64,000 nucleotides of DNA from Thermoproteota archaeon. GTDB taxonomy: Archaea > Thermoproteota > EX4484-205 > JAAOZP01. The stretch is from positions 1-64,000 of the forward strand of contig JBNAVT010000006.1 of NCBI GenBank assembly GCA_049700215.1, given 5' to 3'. The position numbers were made by a program, and so were the translations under genes. The notes under the pieces are model-generated. The model was given only the letters and a program-made list of their open reading frames with translations, had not been told where the DNA came from and searched no databases. Positions 49,732 through 60,135 of this stretch are shown in pieces. The stretch's first letter is position 1. Every line of letters starts with the position of its first letter.

Positions 49732-51023
49732 ATGAAGTGCAGGGAATCCCTCCTGAAAGTTCTACCTGTTGTAGTATGTAGGGAGGAAGAGATGAAGGAA
49801 GTAGAGTTTAAGAAAAGCATGGAGGAACTGAAGAAAAATATTTCAAAAATATTTCAAAAATATTTCAGATTCTGGAAGAGTGTGTCATCAACGGCGAAAA
49901 GGATCTCGTTAAGCTTGAAAAACGTGTTCCTGAGGCTGACGTAATCCTCCTTTATAAACCAAGATTGGGGCTGGGGAGTTATGTGGCCAAAATCGTCGAG
50001 TCAAACCTTCCTGTGATTCTCTTCAACAAGGAGGGCTCTGTTTGGACTCCACTCGACGCCTTGGAATATGTTTATCCGAGAAACAATGTTTGGGTTGCTG
50101 TTGACCATGAGGATATAGGTTTTCGGCTGAAGATCCTTGAGGCGAAGAAAAGAATAAGCAACACGAAACTGCTTGTTTTAAACGCGAATTACCCTCATTG
50201 GGGGAGATTCCTCACCCGTATCTCCGGAGGGTTGAACATGGTTAAAGAGAGGCTTGGAATAAAGGTTGAGTATGTTCGGAGTGAAGAAGTTTTGAAAAGA
50301 TGGGAAGAAGTAGGAGAGGAAAGAGTAAGAGAGGTTGTTGAGAAATGGATGGGCCAGGCAGAGAAGATAATCGAGCCTTCGAGAAGCGACGTTGAGAAGG
50401 CTGCGAGACTATATCTTGTGATGAAGGATCTTTTGAGCGAGAAGGATGCTCAAGGGTTGACTATGGCTTACGGCGATAACCCTTTACCCGTTCCCTGTTT
50501 CGCATACGTTACGCTGAGGGATGAGGGAGTACCTGCCGCATGCGAGGCAGACATAATCTCCCTGCTTTCTATGATTGTTCTGCATTATCTCACCGGTAAA
50601 CCCTGCTTCATGGGCAATATTTTCATCGACCTGGAGAACAACATGCTTATGATTAGTCATTGTGTTGCTCCAACGAAGATGGCTGGCTACGATGAACCCG
50701 CCCTCCCCTATGTTTTAAGGAATCAGCACTGGGGTTTGCCAGCCGGTGTTTTAAGCGCCTTCGTCCCGATGAACCCTGAACAGGAGGTTACAGTTTGCCG
50801 TTTAGACGGCGAGTTGAAGAATATGCTAATTACTAAAGGAGTTATTGAAGAATGTCAGGATCTGGAAGAATATTGTCGCAACACGGTTAGTATAAGAATT
50901 AGCGATGTGAAGAAGTTTATCCACAGCACATCAGGCAACCATCACGTTATGGTTTATGGCGATCATAGGAAAGAGATTAGAGAACTGAATAAATTATTCG
51001 GCATCAATACAATCGAAGTGTGA
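49732..51023 (+). pseudogene. L-fucose/L-arabinose isomerase-like protein, frameshifted by an 11-bp repeat expansion
   Basis: PAACEADI, SHCVAP, CRN and GNHHVMVYGD motifs; removing one repeat unit joins 49732 to the 49965 frame. Confidence 0.8.
49834..49866 (+). repeat. Tandem repeat (AAAAATATTTC)x3
   Basis: Three exact 11-bp units at 49834, 49845 and 49856. Confidence 0.95.
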
Positions 51024-51024
51024 G

Positions 51025-51630
51025 GTGACTGATAAACTGGGCTTAAAGAAGAGAAAGGTTCTAGGCGTGTCGTTCAGCGCAAGAAAAGAGGGGAACTGCT
51101 TAAGATTAGTAACTTATTGTCTGAATAAGTTTAGGGAGCAAGGTTTTGAAACAGAAGTTTTGAATGCTTACGAGCATGAAATCATCCCCTGCAGCCATTG
51201 CAATTACGAGTGTTTCAACGATAAGGAGTGCCCCCTTAAAGATGATGCCCCACTAATATACCAGAAGTGTGTGTCCGCTGATATTTTAATCTTCAGTATC
51301 CCGACTTACGGGGGGCATCTTTCGTCCCTATATTTCGCTTTCGCGGAACGTTCGCAGGCAGTTTTCAAAAGTTTTCAAGAATGTAAGGAAAAGCTGTTGA
51401 AAAAAATTAACTTTATAATCATCGGTAATCTTTCAGCCGGAGGCGACATGGCTCTTCACGAGGCGCTCTATAGCTTCGTAAACCTTAGTTTCTGGCCTGA
51501 AACACTCCTATTCCCTGCGAGAGAATACGGGAGGAGCTCGATCAAAGGCGATTTGATCAACGACCCTGAGGTGAAGAAAAGGCTCGACAGGTTTGTGGAA
51601 ATCATGCTGAAAAAAGCTGAGAAGCAGTAG
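51025..51630 (+). CDS. Flavodoxin family / iron-sulfur flavoprotein-like protein
   Basis: SFSARKEGN, CSHCNYEC...CPLKDD, IPTYGG. Confidence 0.85.
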   Translation: MTDKLGLKKRKVLGVSFSARKEGNCLRLVTYCLNKFREQGFETEVLNAYEHEIIPCSHCNYECFNDKECPLKDDAPLIYQKCVSADILIFSIPTYGGHLSSLYFAFAERSQAVFKSFQECKEKLLKKINFIIIGNLSAGGDMALHEALYSFVNLSFWPETLLFPAREYGRSSIKGDLINDPEVKKRLDRFVEIMLKKAEKQ

Positions 51631-51789
51631 GAGGCAGAGTTATGCGAATATTGGGAACGCGGTGAAAAGAACCATAGGGATTCGTTTTTCAAGCATTACA
51701 CACAGCGGGTTTCGTTCGTTTCTTCTTTCAAGAAACATTTTACACCCTTCTTCGAACGCGCAGGGCCATCCTTGCCCTCGCTTTACTAC

Positions 51790-52461
51790 CTATACCTTCC
51801 CACGAACACCTTGTTCTTCGTATTGGGAATTTCTGGGCAAACCTTTGATGAAGGGGTTGGCGGTGAGGGAAGGGGCTTGGTCCCGGGATGGCATAAAAAC
51901 GTTATACGCTTTATATTCGGCCCCGAACTCGCGTAAAGTCTTTAAAACGATTTCCGTGTTCTCACGTGGTACAATAGTTACTCCACGACCTATCTTGCAG
52001 CCACCGGCACGAACTATTACTCCCTTTCTACCGTGCAACCTGTATTCCAATTTTAACTTCTTTCGCTGAGTCAGCTTGTCCAACCTATACTCTATTATAG
52101 ACATTGCTTTAAGTGGACCTGCAAAGGCAGAGGTTGTGACTGGATATCTCTGGTAAAGCACTACGCCTTCTTCGAATACTGTCTTTACAAAGTCGGCATT
52201 CAATTTATCGATTTCCTCCAACGCTACAGGCATAGCCTGGATGAAGAAACCAGTTTTATTAGTAGTCTCATAGAGTTTTTCTAGGCTTTTTAACATCTCC
52301 TCCCTATTCTCGAAAACTATGAGGAGATCATAGTCCGAATACGCATCGTATTCCTTCCTCGCTCTGCTCCCAAAGAGTATGCAAAGCACTATGCCCTCTA
52401 TGCTTGCCAGTGCCCTTGCGATCCTATTTAAGTCTGATTCGAGTCTTAGATGCAACTTCAT
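51790..52461 (-). CDS. Minimal nucleotidyltransferase (MNT) with an extra C-terminal domain
   Basis: LFGSRARKEYDAYSDYDLLIV; about 70-aa extension IIEYRLDKL...GGCKIGRGVTIVP. Confidence 0.82.
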   Translation of the reverse strand: MKLHLRLESDLNRIARALASIEGIVLCILFGSRARKEYDAYSDYDLLIVFENREEMLKSLEKLYETTNKTGFFIQAMPVALEEIDKLNADFVKTVFEEGVVLYQRYPVTTSAFAGPLKAMSIIEYRLDKLTQRKKLKLEYRLHGRKGVIVRAGGCKIGRGVTIVPRENTEIVLKTLREFGAEYKAYNVFMPSRDQAPSLTANPFIKGLPRNSQYEEQGVRGKV

Positions 52462-52792
52462 TCATGATCACCTCCATCGCCTCCACTACCTTCGCGGCAC
52501 GTTCCCCATCGATGCCGTCATAACCTAAGAGGCCGTAAGATCCCCATAGCAGGTCGTAGGTGGCTCCGATTCCCGGAAAGTTCCGCTTCAGCCAAGCAGC
52601 TCTTTCGGCATGTGCGCTTCTAGGGTTCTTGTGGAAATGGAGACCATTACGCGAGGCTGCTGCCTCTATCGCCTGTTCCACCGCTTTTAACGCTAGGTCA
52701 GCTACGTTCGAGAACCTTCCCTTTCCAAGCTCGTCGATTGCCCCCTCTCTTTTCTCCCTCGCGATTCTTGCGTGATATTCTGCATCACCCAT
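52424..52792 (-). CDS. HEPN domain protein (HEPN-MNT TA module)
   Basis: Helical protein with LKAVEQAIEAA, overlapping the MNT gene. Confidence 0.75.
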   Translation of the reverse strand: MGDAEYHARIAREKREGAIDELGKGRFSNVADLALKAVEQAIEAAASRNGLHFHKNPRSAHAERAAWLKRNFPGIGATYDLLWGSYGLLGYDGIDGERAAKVVEAMEVIMNEVASKTRIRLK

Positions 52793-52880
52793 CCTTACGT
52801 CATATAATATGAAAATATCATACTATATTAACTTTACGCAGAAGCGCGCGCTACGCTTGGTGAAGCGGGGGGACCTCTAA

Positions 52881-54593
52881 TTATTCCTCACCCATTCTCT
52901 TGGCCCAGTCTTCCAGCTTCATGCCCTCGCTAATGTGTGTAACACCCGCCCTACGGGCTATCTTGAGAAACCTGCGTAGCAACTCTAATCGTTCCTTGTC
53001 TTTAACCCGGTTCGTCGCCAGCTTGACGTACCAGACTGGTAGGCGGGCTACCTGCACGCGGAAACGGGTCTCCTCGCTGTCAGCCAGCCGCTCCGCCTCG
53101 TCAAAAAGTTTTTCAGCCTCCTCCAGAAACTCGTCGTCCAGGAACGGGGATGTCGGCGGGTCGTAAATGTGAACGTGAACGCCCTTCTCCCTAGCCTTCC
53201 TGTGCAACAGCTTTATGTAGGCTCTGACAGCATTCGCCGCTCCACCGTAATAGCCTTCTAGAAAATCGTCAACATGCTTCTGCAGGTCAGTGTCAGGGTT
53301 CCAGAGTAGCTTCGCCAGCAGGTATGCTCTCAGCGGCGCCATCTCCCCGTTTCCACCGGGAGAATAGTTGCCCTGTTCAAACAAGCCTTTGACACCGTGT
53401 TTGACGAAAAACCTTACGTTCGCCTGAAGGACTTCGATGTTTGGGAAGGGCTGAACGTAATGGGCGAAGTTAGTCGTATAATCCCAGACGTAAAGCACTG
53501 GGGAAACCAGCTGCCAGGCTTCAATGTCTCTGCGGAAACTCTTGTTCTCCTCCGACGGGCAGCTTTCCAACGGGTGGGAGAAGCAGCACTCAATGGAGCA
53601 GAGCCTGATTATAACGTTTCCCCGGGGGCGAAGGGTTTTCGGAGGCTTACGGCTATACTGGTAGGCGAGTGTCTCCACGCGAACGTTCGGGTAATCGTGT
53701 TCAACGGATTCAGCGATCTTGTTTACGAACATGATGAGCGACGCGGCTGGGCTCTCCTCCGCCTCGTCGAATGCTTTGCATTCTGGGCACTGACACCAGT
53801 TGCCAGTGTCGTTCTGCGAAACATCGATGATGGTCGCGTCAGGGTGTTCTTCCAACCATTTCCGCACACGTTCAACCGCGATTTCAACAAGCTCAGGGTT
53901 GGATAAGCATCTTTGAACATACCCGCTGACACGTTTGCCATCTACCATAGGCCAGAACTCCGGGTGTTGCTCGCAGATTTCACGGGGTATTAACTGGTCT
54001 AAACTGTGTACAAAAGGATGGAATACGGCCGCCCGTCCACCGTGTTTCTCAGTTAAACGGTAATGGTGCCCGTTCAACCTATGGCGGGCGGCGAAATCAG
54101 CGTCCCGCAGCATCTCCGTCCAGAAGACTTCGCGATACTCTAAAACCGGTTTCTGCATCTCGTCTAGGGAAGGGATTTCGATACGCGTCATATTGGGCAC
54201 ATGCTCCACTTCAGGAGTGAGCCAGCGGACGCCGAGCTTCTCCTCCAGCAGGGCGTAGACACCGTAAAGCGTTCCACGGGGCCTGCCGCCAACTATCACC
54301 AGATGATTGCTGAATGTTCTAAGCAGGAAGCCTTCTGAGCCAAGTTTAGACAGGTCAACACGCAATCCTAAGCTTTGCAGATGCTTGTTGTCGCCAAGCA
54401 TTATTTCATGGCTTACCATCGGCTGGTCGTCTGCAGTAATAGGGAGTTTCACGCCGCTGATGCGCTCAAAGTATTTCTGTAGCTCTTCAGCAGCATAGTG
54501 CTCCGACGGGATTGCGTCCACAGGTATGATGATGCGGTAGGGGCTTTCACCTTCATCCACCAACACGATCCGCTGTGGTATAGCATGCATCAT
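52881..54593 (-). CDS. DUF4838 domain protein (putative glycoside hydrolase, GH67/GH20-like N-domain)
   Basis: AAEELQKYF, RGTLYGVY...LGVRW, SQND...WCQCPEC, LAYQY, WDY, LLWNP. Confidence 0.85.
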   Translation of the reverse strand: MMHAIPQRIVLVDEGESPYRIIIPVDAIPSEHYAAEELQKYFERISGVKLPITADDQPMVSHEIMLGDNKHLQSLGLRVDLSKLGSEGFLLRTFSNHLVIVGGRPRGTLYGVYALLEEKLGVRWLTPEVEHVPNMTRIEIPSLDEMQKPVLEYREVFWTEMLRDADFAARHRLNGHHYRLTEKHGGRAAVFHPFVHSLDQLIPREICEQHPEFWPMVDGKRVSGYVQRCLSNPELVEIAVERVRKWLEEHPDATIIDVSQNDTGNWCQCPECKAFDEAEESPAASLIMFVNKIAESVEHDYPNVRVETLAYQYSRKPPKTLRPRGNVIIRLCSIECCFSHPLESCPSEENKSFRRDIEAWQLVSPVLYVWDYTTNFAHYVQPFPNIEVLQANVRFFVKHGVKGLFEQGNYSPGGNGEMAPLRAYLLAKLLWNPDTDLQKHVDDFLEGYYGGAANAVRAYIKLLHRKAREKGVHVHIYDPPTSPFLDDEFLEEAEKLFDEAERLADSEETRFRVQVARLPVWYVKLATNRVKDKERLELLRRFLKIARRAGVTHISEGMKLEDWAKRMGEE

Positions 54594-54712
54594 CCTTGAA
54601 ACTGTAATTCTAACTATAAAAGCCTTACGAGGTTTCTTGTAAGATGAATGGGAGAAAATGAGGATGAAAAATTTAAATTCTCCGTTTTAGGCCGGCACCC
54701 CTACAGGATCTT

Positions 54713-55962
54713 ATGGGTCTGCTCAGAAGGATGATCAACAGGCTTTCGGATTACCTGGTTTTAGACGAAAATCTTCGCGTTCTCTCATTCGTCAACGCCG
54801 TTATGAGTTTCGCCGGTAGCCTTTATGGGTCTCTGCTCGGTCTCTATATCACAGGTACTTTAGGCGTCTCCATTCTCGTATTCGGTTTCATGAACACTGC
54901 TAGGGATTTAGTGTCAAGCCTAGCCAGCTTCCCATCCGGTGTAGTCTCAGACATCTTTGGAATGAAGAAAATGATGTTGCTGGCTATTGTCTTCTCCATT
55001 TTAACTCTACTCCTTCTCTTCTTATTCAAGGATCCTTTCTGGCTGCTCATAGCACTGGTCTTCCAAGGCTTGAGCACGAGCTTCATGGGTCCTTCCAGCA
55101 GCTCGTATGTCATAGATGTGGTGCCTAAAGAGAAAAGAGGCAAGGCCTATGCGACACTCGCTTTCCTGCAGAGCCTTAGCAGCATCATTGCAACATCCAT
55201 CGCTGGCATAATAGCCGTATTACTTGGCTTTTACTGGCTTTTCGCGGTAGCTTTGATTCTTGAGTCGGCCACCTTATGCGGCACCATGCTTTTCTTAAAA
55301 GAATCCTTAGGCTCCGCGTTAGAAAGGGTTGAGGAGAGGCGAAGGGACGGTTTATCCTTCATGAATTTTAAGAATGGCTTGAGTAGTCTGAAAAACCCGT
55401 TACTGTTCGCAGTCTTACTAGGCATAATGTTTCACACATTGGGATTAGGTATTCAGGGTCCTTACCTAGCCATATATGCTGAAGATGTTTTAGCGTTCTC
55501 CCTGCCTACCATAAGCTTGATGCTCAGCGCGGAGCAGCTGGGCATCTTGATCGGCCACTTGCCGAGTGGAAAGATAGTTGACAAGCATGGGGGAGAGATA
55601 TCTTTCGCCTTCCACATAGCTGCAACCTCTCCATGCATGATTCTCTTCACGATTTCGAAAAACCCTTTCTGGCGAGCGCAATCCTACTCCTCTGGGGCTT
55701 AACGTTCGGGCTGGACAACGTAAGCAGGCAGAGCCTTATAGCTAAGTATCGGTCGCAAGCCGGTGTTGCCACGGCATACGGAATAATTAACCTGATATCC
55801 GGGATGGTGGCCCTGATCTCGCCGGCGATCGGAGGATTAATTTGGACCCAATTCTCGCCGCAGGCAGTATTCTACGCTTCCGCGGCAATAAACGTGCTGG
55901 GCTCCCTACCCCTGTTTATGCTCTGGCTGCGTAACAGGAAGCGTTACAATCATTACGACTAA
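54713..55962 (+). pseudogene. MFS transporter split by a single frameshift near 55665
   Basis: SDIFGMKK motif A and EKRGKAYA; ORF 55633-55962 supplies the last TM helices. Confidence 0.8.
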
Positions 55963-56014
55963 TCGCCTTTATCCACGTATCTATGTGGTAAAGAGGGGTG
56001 AAATAGGTCTTCCT

Positions 56015-56920
56015 TTACATTATTTTTAGAATCTCCTTAATCCGGCATATGCAAGACTCCTCGGCTTTCCGCGCTTCACGAAGCGCTTCCGTCTTCGCAT
56101 CGTCGGCAAGCTCCTCGCCTCTAGCCTTGTCAAGCAGCCTAGCAATTTTTCCGTATTCACTACTCAGCTCTCTTGCTGTTTCTGAAACAGCGCCTTTCAT
56201 TTTTCAACGGGATCTCCATGAAGCAGCTGGACGCCATTTCCATGCACTCGGCTCATACTGTTCCGTTCCACCAGTCCCCGTGGCTCGACCCTAAACCCTA
56301 GTTCACGGCTTTCACCCACGTGTCATAAGCCAAGACCAACATAATAGTGCTTGAACATCCATTTTCCAGGATTCTCAACCATGTCAAGCGCGCATGACGG
56401 TTCTTTCATCAGCCTTCTCCGTCTTACTGAAGCTGAAGAAGGTCACATGAGTTTCATCCCCAGTTCCTTCCACATTTCAAACGTGAGAGTCTTGCATGTA
56501 ATAGTTAGGTCGACGGAGGGCCACGGCTGCTTCAATAAGAAACGCTTGTCATCATACCCTGTGATCAACTGGCTCTCCATGTTTAGCATGGAGCAGGGCA
56601 TGCATGCGTCAATGCTCCTCCTCAGAACGCTCTCGACCCTCCTACGCTCCTCTAGAGTACTCTTGGCATGGAAGAACCCGAGGTCCGTCATACCTATACC
56701 AAGGTTCTCCACCAGCCTGTAGAAGGTTTCATAGTTCCAAGCATATGGACCGCTTGGACAGATCTGGAGAGGGGAGAGAGGTTCTCCCTTGAAGTTCCAA
56801 AACACTCTTTTTATCATCCAGCTTTTAAGATCGTAGCTTGCGTGAAAGCTGACAACGGGCTTACTTTCGTCAAACGCCTTATACGATGTCCACTTGTAGC
56901 CTGCGATGAGGAAGCGCGCG
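56015..56920 (-). pseudogene. Fragmented, possibly chimeric hypothetical gene(s)
   Basis: Short ORFs 56443-56817 and 56015-56200; the reading frame begins at the GC palindrome (56913-56921) with no start codon. Confidence 0.45.
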
Positions 56921-56953
56921 CCAGCTACGACGGCTAATGCAGCACGTATCCCG

Positions 56954-57724
56954 TCAAAGTATTATGCAGAAGGGACCCAGTATTGAAGCTAAAACGTTCT
57001 CCTCGGGAAACGGGTGGCCCCTGTGCTGGCGGAAAGCTTCCGCATACTTCCTTCCGACCTCCGAGCCTCTCTCCATGGCCCACCGTCTCATCTGAAGTAT
57101 GTATTCATCTATGCCGTGCTGCGCGCGCAACCATTCTCTCTGGCTTCTGTGTTGAGCAAGCATTCTCTCTTTAACTCTGATCGTCGAGCCTATATCCACG
57201 TAGAAACCCGCGTGAACCTTCTCGCCAAACCTGTTCCTGCCTCCAATGGCGTCCGCGTAGAACAGGAATGGTATTCTACTAGTCGGCTTCGCAGGGTTAG
57301 CATGGTTCGTCACGTAGTTGGGTATCGACGCGTTGAAGCAAGCGTCCCACATGAGGTCTGCAGTCAACTGGTGGTCTATCATGTAGTCCTCCGGCGAGTG
57401 AGTTATGACGATGTCCGGGTTAACTCTTCTCATAAGCTCCACTGCTTTGAAACGAGTCCTGTTTTCAAAAACCAGATGCAGGTCTGATTCTCCGAGACAC
57501 GCGTAGGGTGCGTCGAGAATTCTCGCGGCTTTCTCGGCCTCTCTGAACCTGATGCTGGCGATCTCCTGGCTCCTAAGCTTTATTGACCCCATGTCTCCTG
57601 TGCAAACCGTCGCGATGAAAATCCTCCATCCTTTTCTACGGAGGAGAGCAAGAGTGCCCGCCATTAAAAACTCAACATCATCAGGGTGCGCGCCCACTGC
57701 TAGCACAATCCTGTTTCTCTCCAA
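56954..57724 (-). CDS. PIG-L/LmbE family deacetylase
   Basis: GAHPDDVE, DYMIDH, HRSQ, AEAF. Confidence 0.92.
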   Translation of the reverse strand: MERNRIVLAVGAHPDDVEFLMAGTLALLRRKGWRIFIATVCTGDMGSIKLRSQEIASIRFREAEKAARILDAPYACLGESDLHLVFENRTRFKAVELMRRVNPDIVITHSPEDYMIDHQLTADLMWDACFNASIPNYVTNHANPAKPTSRIPFLFYADAIGGRNRFGEKVHAGFYVDIGSTIRVKERMLAQHRSQREWLRAQHGIDEYILQMRRWAMERGSEVGRKYAEAFRQHRGHPFPEENVLASILGPFCIIL

Positions 57725-57852
57725 CCTTGGCTGCTACAACTCAATAGAAACTTATAAGGTTGCCTGCATGAACCACAGTATGGCTCCGCTTGGAGGAGAA
57801 CACATATAAGCTTAAGCAGGTTAATCATGTGCAAGCCGGATGGTGAACAAGT

Positions 57853-59223
57853 TTGGCTAGCAGGCTGAGCCAAAGGGAAATAAGCTTTATCGCCGCCGAG
57901 ATAATCGAGGAAACCAGGCCCAAGATAAACCTTGGCCTCAGAATAACCAGGGAGGAGTATGAGAAAAGATGGAGTATTCTTCAAAACAGGATGAGCTTGA
58001 AAGGCTACGGCCTCGCGTACGCGTGCGGCAGCGAGCTCGACAGGTCTGACATCGCTTGGCTCGCTGGTGTCTTCGACCCAATAATAGAGCGCTATGGTAT
58101 TCTTATTCCCTCTGAAGGCAGGCCGGTTGTACTTGCTGGCCCAGAGGGTGGTCATGTCATAGAGGAGGCAGTCGAGGAGTCGGGTGCAGACATCGTTTTC
58201 CTGAGAGAGTTCCAGATTTCTGACGAGGACTATAGGCACGCCCGCTTCACTTCTCTCCGAGAGGTTTTGAAACGCATAGGGGTTTCAGAGGACAGTCGCG
58301 TAGCAATTCTGTCAAGCCCGCAAGCCGTACCATACGGGCAGGTTATGCTGCTCCACAGGGTTTTCGGCGTAAACAAGGTTTTTTTCGACGAGGAGCTTCT
58401 GCAGCGCATAAAATACGAGAAGTCCGACAGGGAGCTAGCAATATGCGAGATGGCTAACGTCATTGCTGACGCTGCCTTCAGGGCTATGCTGGCTGTTTCA
58501 ACACCAGGGATGAGGGAGCTTGAGGTCGCCGGCGTCGGGGAATACGTTATGAGGGAGCTGGGTGCACGCAGAACCGGCTTCCCAACCATAGTGACATCCG
58601 GCGAAAGAAACTATACTGTAATAGGCCCGGCGACGAACAGGGTTATCCAGAGGGGTGACATGGTCTCCATGGGTGTCAGCCCGACTTTCAACGGTTACCA
58701 TGGAGTAATAAGGAGGACCTTCAGGGTTGGCGAGCCGATGACCAAGGGCCAGAGAGATTTCCACAATGCTGTGGAGGGGCTTTACATCGTCGTGATGGAG
58801 GCGGTTAAGACGGCAGCCAGGGAGGGCTTGCCCTCGAACTATATTGACCGGCAGGGGAAGCAGTATCTTGAAAGACTGAGGCTCACGGGTTTTAACGGGG
58901 TTTCAACACCGGTTGAGCCGTACACGTTTATCCATAACACTGGCTGCTCAGAGTGTCAAGAGGGGTATGGGGCTGTAACGCCTTATACTACACAGCCACT
59001 GGGCAGTCAGGCTGCTCTCATGATCGACGTTGCCCTGCTTGGCTTCAGGCAGAGGGGGAAACCACTCTTCGAAACCATTTACGACGTTATTGAGGACGCG
59101 TTCTGGAAGAAGGGCGGGGAAGTCGGGGTTTACAATAGGCTGCCGTTGAACGTGGAGCATCTTGTTGGGAACACGGAGCCTCTGGGCTCCAACCTGAACC
59201 CTTACCACAAGAGTTTCGCCTAG
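57853..59223 (+). CDS. M24 (Xaa-Pro peptidase/creatinase fold) protein
   Basis: KSDRELA, GMRELEVA, GYHGVIRRT, FIHNTG, IED. Confidence 0.85.
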   Translation: MASRLSQREISFIAAEIIEETRPKINLGLRITREEYEKRWSILQNRMSLKGYGLAYACGSELDRSDIAWLAGVFDPIIERYGILIPSEGRPVVLAGPEGGHVIEEAVEESGADIVFLREFQISDEDYRHARFTSLREVLKRIGVSEDSRVAILSSPQAVPYGQVMLLHRVFGVNKVFFDEELLQRIKYEKSDRELAICEMANVIADAAFRAMLAVSTPGMRELEVAGVGEYVMRELGARRTGFPTIVTSGERNYTVIGPATNRVIQRGDMVSMGVSPTFNGYHGVIRRTFRVGEPMTKGQRDFHNAVEGLYIVVMEAVKTAAREGLPSNYIDRQGKQYLERLRLTGFNGVSTPVEPYTFIHNTGCSECQEGYGAVTPYTTQPLGSQAALMIDVALLGFRQRGKPLFETIYDVIEDAFWKKGGEVGVYNRLPLNVEHLVGNTEPLGSNLNPYHKSFA

Positions 59224-59257
59224 CAACCGTATCTTAATGGTTTGAGCGCGCGCGGTC

Positions 59258-60073
59258 TCAGCCGGTTGAGGGTTTTTTCTTCTTCGCAACGATATGGAGG
59301 TGACCCCCATAGCCTACTATGGAGGGCTCCTCGCAAAGCATCAGCTCCAGCTCCAGGAGTTTCTCAGCCTTCTCCTCATCCTGGAGAAGCGCCACGGTTT
59401 CAGGCCTGGAGACGTAGGCCACGGTCTTGCCGACTATCTTAACGACTTCTAAACCCTTCTTCTCAAAGAGGCTCCTAAGGTCGGATGGTGAAAAAGCCCA
59501 GCAGTAGAAACCCCATGCTTCCGCGAAAAACCTTCTCTCCTTAAGGATTTTGAAGGCCTCCTCCGGCCCCTTGCGAACCAGCATGCCCCTTACAACGCTG
59601 AACAGGCTGTCGAATCCAGCAGCCATGAAGCACCCGGGTTTAAGAACCCTAGCCAGTTCCTCGACTGCTTTATCAGGATTGCTGCAATAAGATATTGGGT
59701 CTCCCTCGGCGAGGACAAAGTCGAAACTATCGTCGGGAAAATCTATCTCGCATATATCGCCCTCCTTAAAGACAACCATGTTTTCAAGGCTTTTCTCAAC
59801 GATCTTGCGCCTAGCCACGTTCAACATTTCCCTAGATATGTCGTAGAGAACCGCTTTCAAGCCTTTTTCAACGATGGGGATGGTCCACTTTCCAGTGCCC
59901 CCGCCCGCATCCAGCATGACGCCCGACTCCGGGAGATACGGCTCTATATAGCGCCAAGTAATCTTGTCATACAGCTTCTTAAAGTATGGTGTTTCATACT
60001 CCTTATCATATTCTTCAGCAGTCTTCTCATAGTATTTTATAACGTTGCGCTCCTGCTCCCCTGTAGCCTTCAT
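59258..60073 (-). CDS. Class I SAM-dependent methyltransferase
   Basis: LDAGGGTG, GDICEIDFPDDSFD, RVLKPG. Confidence 0.92.
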   Translation of the reverse strand: MKATGEQERNVIKYYEKTAEEYDKEYETPYFKKLYDKITWRYIEPYLPESGVMLDAGGGTGKWTIPIVEKGLKAVLYDISREMLNVARRKIVEKSLENMVVFKEGDICEIDFPDDSFDFVLAEGDPISYCSNPDKAVEELARVLKPGCFMAAGFDSLFSVVRGMLVRKGPEEAFKILKERRFFAEAWGFYCWAFSPSDLRSLFEKKGLEVVKIVGKTVAYVSRPETVALLQDEEKAEKLLELELMLCEEPSIVGYGGHLHIVAKKKKPSTG

Positions 60074-60135
60074 GCTTAGCCAATCAGGCGGATTCTGGAT
60101 TTGTTATATATGTTTTTCAGCAAACTGAATAGAAT

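Noticed and set aside
51790-52110. Cas2-like domain as evidence of a CRISPR-Cas locus
   Set aside because: No repeat-spacer array or other cas genes were seen in the window.
57120-57129. TGCGCGCGCA inside the PIG-L gene as a member of the junction motif family
   Set aside because: It lies in intact coding sequence (LRAQ) and lacks the AG/CT flanks, so it is probably coincidental.
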